Shown here: positions 8,303 to 15,053 of the stretch, one piece after another
Layout of the letters: the number at the start of each line of letters is the position of its first letter
Position numbering within the stretch: position 1 is the first letter of the stretch
From: Bacteroidia bacterium
GTDB lineage: Bacteria > Bacteroidota > Bacteroidia > Palsa-965
Reading direction: 5' to 3'
Assembly (NCBI GenBank): GCA_035999585.1
Contig: DASYGQ010000315.1
Location: 1-27,837 of the forward strand
Length of the DNA: 27,837 nucleotides
Program-made: the position numbers and the translations under genes
Notes under the pieces: model-generated
The model's database searches: none
What the model was told of the DNA's origin: nothing
What the model saw: the letters and a program-made list of their open reading frames with translations, nothing else

Positions 8303-8534
8303 ATGATCGACAATGTGACAAAGTTGATCGACAATGACGCAAAATGAGTTAACTTTTGTCAAACGTAATCGACAATGCGGCAAAGTCGATCAGCAAAGTG
8401 ACAAAGTTGATCAACTTTGCCGCAAACTGAGTTAACTTTTGTCAAACATGATCGACAATGTGACAAAGTCGATGAGAAAACTAACAAAGTTGATCGACAA
8501 AGTGACAAAGTTGATCAACAAACGCAATTGTTGA
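8303..8534. repeat. Degenerate ~21-bp tandem array (about 11 units) organised as an 83-bp higher-order repeat with inverted sub-units
   Basis: Consensus about TTGATCGACAA(A/T)GTGACAAAG. Units start at 8303, 8324, 8345, 8365, 8386, 8407, 8428, 8448, 8469, 8490 and 8511. The unit at 8303 equals the one at 8448 (ATGATCGACAATGTGACAAAG). The unit at 8345 equals the one at 8428 (TGAGTTAACTTTTGTCAAAC, 20 bp). Confidence 0.92.
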
Positions 8535-8635
8535 CTTGTTCAAACAAATGAAGCGTCATCGTTGGGATTTTGTTATCCGTAAAAACTGTTAAAAACAGGC
8601 TTTAGGGGGAGGTTTTTTATCCATTAAACATTATG

Positions 8636-8643
8636 TATCTTTG
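8636..8643 (+). promoter_or_regulatory. -7 promoter element (TATCTTTG) for ricT-gldH
   Basis: Exact TAnnTTTG match 67 nt upstream of the ricT ATG, with a T-rich stretch at the -33 position. Confidence 0.6.
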
Positions 8644-8710
8644 AAACTTCAAAAAAAGACCTGGAAACGGTTTTTTTCGTTCAGAAAACAACCAAATTAA
8701 GATAAATCCT

Positions 8711-10171
8711 ATGGGATGCGGTGGATGTTCGACCGGCAGAGGATGCAGTACAAGCAGTACACCCGGTGGGTGCAAAAACAACGGATCCTGTGGAACCGGT
8801 GGCTGTAACAAACTGAATGTCTTCGACTGGCTTGCCAATATGGAACTGCCTGGCGGGCAGGCTCCTTTCGATATTATAGAAGTACGCTTTAAGAACAGCC
8901 GGAAAGAATTTTTCCGGAATGTAAACAACCTGCCACTTGTTACAGGCGAAGCTGTCGCCGTGGAAGCTTCACCCGGTCACGATATGGGAACCATTTCCAT
9001 GTCGGGCGAACTGGTGCGTCTTCAAATGAAGAAAAAAGGCCTCGATGCAGCATCACCGGAAATCAAAAAGCTTTACAGGAAAGCCCGTCAGAGTGACATT
9101 GACAAATGGAAAGAAGCCCAGCAGCTGGAAAGCAATACTATGTACAAAGCCCGCACCATTGCCGTGCGTCTGGGCTTGCATATGAAAATCAGCGATGTTG
9201 AGTATCAGGGAGATAAAACCAAGGCTATTTTTTATTACACCGCCGAAGAACGTGTGGATTTCCGTGAACTCATTAAAATCCTGGCAGAGGAATTCAAAGT
9301 CAGAATCGAGATGCGCCAGATCGGAGCCCGTCAGGAAGCCAGCCGCCTGGGTGGTATAGGATCCTGTGGCAGAGAGCTTTGTTGTTCCACCTGGTTAACC
9401 GACTTCCGGTCGGTAACAACCGGAGCAGCACGTTATCAGCAGCTTTCACTCAACCCGTTGAAACTGGCAGGCCAATGCGGCAAGCTCAAGTGTTGCCTCA
9501 ATTACGAGCTCGACAGCTACCTCGATGCCCTGAAAGATTTTCCGGAAACAGATACCAAGCTCGAAACACTCAAAGGAATTCCTTTCCACCAGAAAACGGA
9601 TATTTTCCGTCGCCTGATTTATTATTCTTACAGGGATGAACCGGATGTATTTATTCCGGTGCCGGTTGACCGTGTTAAGGAAATCATCGCCATGAACAAG
9701 GAGGGCCAAAAGCCCGATACTCTGGTCATACATAAAGAACCTGTATTTGCCGAAAAACTGCCCGATTTCGAAAACGTGGTGGGGCAGGACAGTCTGACGC
9801 GTTTCGACAAGAAAAAGGGAAGCCGGAATAACAATAAAAAACGAAGAAAACCTCAGGGTGCGGCAGGTGGAAACACCAATGCAAACGCTCCTGCACGTCC
9901 TGCAGGGGAAGCTACCGGAACACCTCAGCAACCCCGACAGCCCAATCAGCAAAGGAGGCCACAAGGCAATCGTCCACCTCAGAACAAGGGTGACCAGGCG
10001 AACCGGCCACCGCAGCAAAACCGGGGAGAAGGCAATCGTCCCCCTCAAAACCGGGGTGATCAGCCCAACCGCCCGCCTCAACAGAATCGTCCGCCTCAGC
10101 AACGACGTAATCGTCCGCCACGCAATAACGACCGGCCACCGAAACCGGATGGAGGAGGGCCTGCGGCATGA
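8711..10171 (+). CDS. ricT: PSP1-domain regulatory iron-sulfur protein RicT (YaaT family) with a low-complexity C-terminal tail
   Basis: IEVRFKNSRKEFF, ISDVEYQGDKTKAIFYYTAEERVDFRELIK, RIEMRQIGARQEASRLGGIGSCGRELCC and KLAGQCGKLKCCLNYE. Confidence 0.95.
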   Translation: MGCGGCSTGRGCSTSSTPGGCKNNGSCGTGGCNKLNVFDWLANMELPGGQAPFDIIEVRFKNSRKEFFRNVNNLPLVTGEAVAVEASPGHDMGTISMSGELVRLQMKKKGLDAASPEIKKLYRKARQSDIDKWKEAQQLESNTMYKARTIAVRLGLHMKISDVEYQGDKTKAIFYYTAEERVDFRELIKILAEEFKVRIEMRQIGARQEASRLGGIGSCGRELCCSTWLTDFRSVTTGAARYQQLSLNPLKLAGQCGKLKCCLNYELDSYLDALKDFPETDTKLETLKGIPFHQKTDIFRRLIYYSYRDEPDVFIPVPVDRVKEIIAMNKEGQKPDTLVIHKEPVFAEKLPDFENVVGQDSLTRFDKKKGSRNNNKKRRKPQGAAGGNTNANAPARPAGEATGTPQQPRQPNQQRRPQGNRPPQNKGDQANRPPQQNRGEGNRPPQNRGDQPNRPPQQNRPPQQRRNRPPRNNDRPPKPDGGGPAA

Positions 10172-10707
10172 TGCATTTCAGCAGGCTGATGCTATTCAGG
10201 AACCAATACGCCAAGCCGGAAATATTCCGTTCCAACGCCCGGGCCATACTCACACTGTGTTGCTTTGCGCTGCTTCTTTTTTCTTCCTGTGACAAAAACC
10301 GACTGTTTGAAGAGAACCAGAAAATCAACGATTATATCTGGGATGTGAAAGATGTAAAGACTTTCACCGTGGATGTAAGCGACACGATAAGCCAGAACAA
10401 CTTTTTTATCAATGTGCGCAATTCCGACAGCTACGCCTTCAGCAATCTGTATATTTTTATCAAAACAACCTTTCCCAATGGCCGGTTTTCACATGATACT
10501 GTGGAATGCATTCTGGCCAACCAGGAAGGTCATTGGCTTGGAAAAGGCCTGGGCGATATCTGGGACAATCAGATTCCCTTTAAAAAGGCCAAACGGTTTC
10601 CATTGAAAGGTAAATACACCTTTCAGCTGGAACAAGGCATGCGCATAAACCGCTTGCCACAAATTATGGATGTAGGCTTAAGGATTGAGAAAACAATAAA
10701 AAATTAA
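10168..10707 (+). CDS. gldH: Gliding motility lipoprotein GldH
   Basis: Lipobox FSS-C, then FINVRNSDSYAFSNLY, DTVECILANQEGHWLGKGLG, GKYTFQLEQGMR and MDVGLRIEK. The ATG overlaps the ricT stop (ATGA). The true start could be a later ATG. Confidence 0.93.
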   Translation: MMHFSRLMLFRNQYAKPEIFRSNARAILTLCCFALLLFSSCDKNRLFEENQKINDYIWDVKDVKTFTVDVSDTISQNNFFINVRNSDSYAFSNLYIFIKTTFPNGRFSHDTVECILANQEGHWLGKGLGDIWDNQIPFKKAKRFPLKGKYTFQLEQGMRINRLPQIMDVGLRIEKTIKN

Positions 10708-10810
10708 AGCAATCACGAATTCCCTTTGGAGGTAAGTCGGAATTGAGACGCGAATATTTACTTCCAGCCTGCCCTGAGAATCCTTATTTTGTATTTTTAC
10801 CCATCCATTA

Positions 10811-13099
10811 ATGGCCGCGGATATGCCTCCTGAAAAAGATAAGAAGAAGAATAGCAAGTCTCACACCAAATACATCCGCATTTTCTGGATATTACTGTTG
10901 CTTCCCCCGCTGTGCCTCGTTTTACTGGTAGGCTCGGTAGCACTTTTTTCAGACCTGCCATCCACCGGTGATCTGACAAATCCTAAAACGAATCTCGCTT
11001 CTGAAGTTATTTCCTCCGACATGAAAACCCTTGGTAAGTATTATGCCGAGAACAGGGTGAATGTTCGTTACAAGGATTTGGATACCTCTCTGGTGGCAGC
11101 ACTGGTTGCAACGGAGGATGCGCGATTTTACAACCATTCTGGAGTGGACGGCCGGGGCTTGCTGCGTGTATTCACACGTACGATCATCGGAGGCGATGAG
11201 AGTTCAGGCGGTGGCAGCACCTTGTCGCAGCAATTGGCAAAAATGCTTTTTCCTCGTGAAAAATTGCGTTCGAAGTGGGCTGTGGTCAAACGAAAGATCA
11301 AGGAATGGATCATTGCCGTGAAACTGGAACGCCAGTATACGAAGGAAGAAATACTGACCATGTATCTGAATAAATTCGATTTCCTGAACCAGGCAGTTGG
11401 CATCAAATCGGCCGCTCAGATCTATTTCAATACAACCCCCGATTCATTGAAAATAGAACAAAGTGCGATGCTGGTGGGCATGGCCAAAAATCCTTCACTC
11501 TTCAACCCGATCCGTCACATGGATACCACCGTCATGCGGCGCAATGTGGTTATGTTTCAGATGGTGAAATACAAATACCTGTCGAAAGAAAAATACGAAA
11601 CACTGAAGGCAAAGCCTATCAAATTGTGGTTCCATCCGGAAGACCATAATGAAGGACTGGCCACTTATTTTCGTGAATACCTGCGCGACCGGTTTTTGAA
11701 AAAATGGTGTTCCGAAAACCTGAACCCGGCCACCGGAAAAAATTATGACATCTACCGCGACGGCTTGCGCATTTATACAACCATTGATTCCCGCATGCAG
11801 AAATATGCCGAAGATGCGGTGCGTGAACACATGACTTTTCTGCAAGGAGAGTTCAATAAACTGAAAAAGAAAAATTTCCCTTTCAGCTGGAAAGTGACCA
11901 AGGAAGAAATTGAAAGCATGATGGTCGCTGGAATGAAAGCATCAGACCGTTATCACAACATGCGCGAAGCCGGTGCTTCCCTGGCGGAAATAGACAAATC
12001 CTTCCATACTCCGGTAGACATGCGGGTGTTCAGTTGGAAAGGAGAACGGGACACTATGCTCACTCCCTGGGATTCAATCCGGTATTACAAATCATTTCTG
12101 CAGACCGGATTTATGTCTATGGAGCCGGAAACCGGATATATCAAAGCATGGGTTGGGGGCATCAATTACAAACATTTCAAGTATGATCACGTCAAGGAAA
12201 GTAAACGCCAGGTGGGATCAACCTTTAAACCTTTCGTATATGCTCTGGCTATTCAGGAAGGCTGGTCCCCCTGTATGCGACTTCCCAACGTACGTACCTG
12301 CATCGACCTGCCTGATGGAAAGGAATGGTGCCCGGATAATGCCGACGGGGAGGAAAAGTATGAGGGAAAAATGGTCACGTTGCGCCAGGCCCTCGCAGCC
12401 TCTATCAACTATATTTCTGCTTATATCATGAAGCAGTTTGGGCCGAAGGCGGTGGAGCAGTTTGCGCGCCGCTGTGGGATAACCAGTGCCATTGACGTGG
12501 TGCCTTCTATGTGTCTTGGAACACCTGATTTATCAGTTTATGAAATGGTGGGAGCTAACAGCACTTTTGCCAACAAAGGAACCTGGATCGAGCCCATATT
12601 CGTCACCCGGATCGAGGATAAAAACGGAAAGGTGATAGCTCAGTTTGTTCCCAAATCAGAGGAAGCCATGAATGAAGAGAAAGCCTATATCATGACCGTG
12701 CTTATGAAAGGTGTGGTTGAATTCGGTACAGGTGTCAGCTTGCGTTCGACCTATAAGCTTACAAACCCGATTGCAGGAAAAACGGGAACTACACAAAACA
12801 GTTCCGATGGTTGGTTCATGGGTCTGACGCCGGATCTTGTTTCGGGATGTTGGGTAGGCGGAGAAGACCGTAGTGTGCATTTCGATAATATGCTTCTCGG
12901 ACAGGGGGCAAAGCTGGCCTTGCCGATCTGGGGGAAATACATGCAGAAGGTATATGCCGATAAATCTTTGAAAGTTTCGCAGAGAGACTTCGACCGGCCT
13001 GCTAAAAAAATATCTATTGAGCTTGATTGTGGTAAATACGAGAAAGATAATGCCGGTCTCGACGATCCTTCCGATGGTGCCGACGACGAACCGAAATAG
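10811..13099 (+). CDS. Class A bifunctional penicillin-binding protein (PBP1A-type)
   Basis: One N-terminal TM helix. Transglycosylase motifs EDARFYNHSGVD and GGSTLSQQLAK. Transpeptidase motifs STFK, SIN and KTGT. Confidence 0.96.
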   Translation: MAADMPPEKDKKKNSKSHTKYIRIFWILLLLPPLCLVLLVGSVALFSDLPSTGDLTNPKTNLASEVISSDMKTLGKYYAENRVNVRYKDLDTSLVAALVATEDARFYNHSGVDGRGLLRVFTRTIIGGDESSGGGSTLSQQLAKMLFPREKLRSKWAVVKRKIKEWIIAVKLERQYTKEEILTMYLNKFDFLNQAVGIKSAAQIYFNTTPDSLKIEQSAMLVGMAKNPSLFNPIRHMDTTVMRRNVVMFQMVKYKYLSKEKYETLKAKPIKLWFHPEDHNEGLATYFREYLRDRFLKKWCSENLNPATGKNYDIYRDGLRIYTTIDSRMQKYAEDAVREHMTFLQGEFNKLKKKNFPFSWKVTKEEIESMMVAGMKASDRYHNMREAGASLAEIDKSFHTPVDMRVFSWKGERDTMLTPWDSIRYYKSFLQTGFMSMEPETGYIKAWVGGINYKHFKYDHVKESKRQVGSTFKPFVYALAIQEGWSPCMRLPNVRTCIDLPDGKEWCPDNADGEEKYEGKMVTLRQALAASINYISAYIMKQFGPKAVEQFARRCGITSAIDVVPSMCLGTPDLSVYEMVGANSTFANKGTWIEPIFVTRIEDKNGKVIAQFVPKSEEAMNEEKAYIMTVLMKGVVEFGTGVSLRSTYKLTNPIAGKTGTTQNSSDGWFMGLTPDLVSGCWVGGEDRSVHFDNMLLGQGAKLALPIWGKYMQKVYADKSLKVSQRDFDRPAKKISIELDCGKYEKDNAGLDDPSDGADDEPK

Positions 13100-13142
13100 A
13101 ACCTGTTATCCGTAAATTTAGGAACCTTTTAAAAGCTTCTTC

Positions 13143-13841
13143 ATGAATAAAGTTGTAGCGAATGCCGATGAGGCAATTAAAGATATCCAGGACAATGCGA
13201 CTCTTATGCTGGGAGGTTTTGGTCTTTGTGGAATTCCTGAGAATAGCATCGATGCACTGCGCCGTAAGGGAGTGAAAGGACTTACCTGCATTTCAAACAA
13301 TGCGGGAGTTGACGATTTCGGTATTGGCCTTCTCCTGAAAACGCACCAGGTGAAGAAAATGATTTCTTCTTATGTGGGTGAGAATGCAGAATTCGAGAGG
13401 CAGCTTCTCAGCGGTGAACTGGAGGTGGAACTTATTCCGCAGGGTACACTTGCCACGCGTTGCCTTGCTACCGGGTATGGCATGCCGGCTATATTTACTC
13501 CGGCAGGAGTTGGCACGGAAGTGGCGGAAGGAAAAGAATTACGCAATTTCAAAGGGAAGGATTATCTGCTTGAATATGCATTCGACTCGGATTTTGCTCT
13601 TGTGAAAGCATGGAAAGGAGACACGCATGGGAACCTGATATATCGGGAAACGGCTCGCAACTTCAACCCGATGATGGCCATGGCGGGAAGGATCACCATC
13701 GCAGAAGTTGAAATCCTGGTGGAAGCAGGCGAGCTGGATCCGGATCAAATTCACACTCCCGGAATTTTTGTACAACGCATTTTCAAGGGAGTTGATTATC
13801 AGAAAAGAATCGAACAACGTACCGTCAGAAAAAAAGGATAA
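13143..13841 (+). CDS. scoA: 3-oxoacid CoA-transferase subunit A
   Basis: [42 protein letters not shown] and [13 protein letters not shown]. Confidence 0.93.
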   Translation: MNKVVANADEAIKDIQDNATLMLGGFGLCGIPENSIDALRRKGVKGLTCISNNAGVDDFGIGLLLKTHQVKKMISSYVGENAEFERQLLSGELEVELIPQGTLATRCLATGYGMPAIFTPAGVGTEVAEGKELRNFKGKDYLLEYAFDSDFALVKAWKGDTHGNLIYRETARNFNPMMAMAGRITIAEVEILVEAGELDPDQIHTPGIFVQRIFKGVDYQKRIEQRTVRKKG

Positions 13842-13891
13842 GCTGAAATACGCAAGTCCGAACAATCAATAAAATTGAAAAACTTACTGAA

Positions 13892-14545
13892 ATGCTGGAT
13901 AAAGTCGGTATAGCCAAACGTATTGCACGGGAAATCGAAGATGGATATTATGTAAACCTGGGAATAGGTATTCCTACCCTTGTAGCCAATTACATTCCGA
14001 AGGGCATCAATGTGGTTTTGCAATCTGAAAATGGATTGCTTGGGATGGGGCCATTCCCTTTTGAAGGGGAAGAAGATGCAGACCTTATCAATGCGGGGAA
14101 GCAAACCATCACAACTGTTCCGGGCTCGGCATTCTTTGATTCGGCCATGAGTTTCGGCATGATTCGCGCACGCAAGGTAGACCTGACTATTCTGGGCGCC
14201 ATGGAAGTAAGCGAGACGGGTGATATTGCGAACTGGAAAATTCCTGGCAAAATGGTAAAAGGCATGGGCGGAGCCATGGATCTTGTGGCATCAGCAGACA
14301 GGATCATTGTTGCCATGCAGCATGTAAACAAAGCCGGTGAATCAAAGCTGCTTCCAACGTGTGAATTGCCCCTGACCGGTGTTCGCTGTGTAAAGAAAAT
14401 TGTAACAGAACTTGCAGTGATTGATATAACTCATCAAGGCTTCCGTCTGCTTGAACGAGCGCCCGGAATCAGCACTGAACAGATCAAAAATGCCACCAAA
14501 GGGAAATTGATTGTAGAAGGAGAAATCCCTGAAATGGTTATTTAA
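13892..14545 (+). CDS. scoB: 3-oxoacid CoA-transferase subunit B
   Basis: VNLGIGIPTLVAN, SENG (catalytic Glu), DADLINAGKQ and GMGGAMDLV. Confidence 0.93.
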   Translation: MLDKVGIAKRIAREIEDGYYVNLGIGIPTLVANYIPKGINVVLQSENGLLGMGPFPFEGEEDADLINAGKQTITTVPGSAFFDSAMSFGMIRARKVDLTILGAMEVSETGDIANWKIPGKMVKGMGGAMDLVASADRIIVAMQHVNKAGESKLLPTCELPLTGVRCVKKIVTELAVIDITHQGFRLLERAPGISTEQIKNATKGKLIVEGEIPEMVI

Positions 14546-14558
14546 TCCTGAACAGCGT

Positions 14559-14595
14559 TCTGAGCACCGGGCGCTTCGTGCAGATGTTTTTTTTT
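14559..14595 (+). terminator. Possible intrinsic terminator after scoB
   Basis: Imperfect hairpin TCT-GA-GCAC...GTGC-AGA followed by a T9 run (14587-14595), between convergent genes. The stem is weak. Confidence 0.35.
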
Positions 14596-14600
14596 GAATT

Positions 14601-14915
14601 TTATGGATTTTTCTTCTCGATTTTTTCTTTGCCCCGCATCACTTTTCCATCCTTATCAACACACTCTCCTTCACGAAGTACCACTTTGGTTCCGTCTTTC
14701 TTAATAACGGTTCCGTCGGTTTTTACCTGTGTGCCATTGGCGAGGGTTACATCGGCTGTGATCTCCGAGCCTTCGTGCATGGTTACCAGACGTCCGTCTT
14801 TCAGCTTTACGCAGTATTTGTCGCCATGAACGGCTGAAGTGGCCTTTACTCCGTTTCCGGCGGAAAGATTCAGAGCAAGAAGACCCGCTGCGATGAATAA
14901 ATAGGTGGCTTTCAT
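14601..14915 (-). CDS. Small secreted protein, DUF6799-like
   Basis: Signal peptide MKATYLFIAAGLLALNLSA, then KDGRLV..ITADVTLANGTQVKTDGTVIKKDGTKVVLREGECVDKDG, the repeated K/T-DG pattern I recall for this family. Start moved from 15005 to the ATG at 14915. Confidence 0.75.
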   Translation of the reverse strand: MKATYLFIAAGLLALNLSAGNGVKATSAVHGDKYCVKLKDGRLVTMHEGSEITADVTLANGTQVKTDGTVIKKDGTKVVLREGECVDKDGKVMRGKEKIEKKNP

Positions 14916-15053
14916 TTTTTTGGTTTTATATATGGGTTTATTATAAGAAATAAGAGCAAAAATAATTTGAGAACACGTGAGTGTTTTAAATATTAGGTGA
15001 GGCAATAAAAAGAATCGCCATTTAGCATTTTATCATCGTTGAAAGGGGCGTAC

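Noticed and set aside
8303-8534. CRISPR array
   Set aside because: Units are contiguous with no unique spacers, are shorter than typical repeats, and no cas gene is in the window.
8303-8534. Intact heptad-repeat coding gene (LIDKVTK or LSINFVT repeats)
   Set aside because: The 20-bp units shift frame and introduce stops, and no ORF of 60 aa or more is in the track. A decayed coding origin cannot be fully excluded.
8573-8624. oriC-like region (TTATCCGTA and TTATCCATT next to a GATC cluster)
   Set aside because: Each box has two mismatches to TTATCCACA, there are only two, and no dnaA/dnaN/mnmG context is present.
7624-8710. Autonomous IS, prophage or integron
   Set aside because: No transposase, integrase, terminal inverted repeats or convincing flanking direct repeats.
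9446-10328. Long alternative-frame and antisense ORFs over the ricT tail (218, 144 and 138 aa)
   Set aside because: Explained by the stop-poor, GC-richer low-complexity repeat. No independent features.
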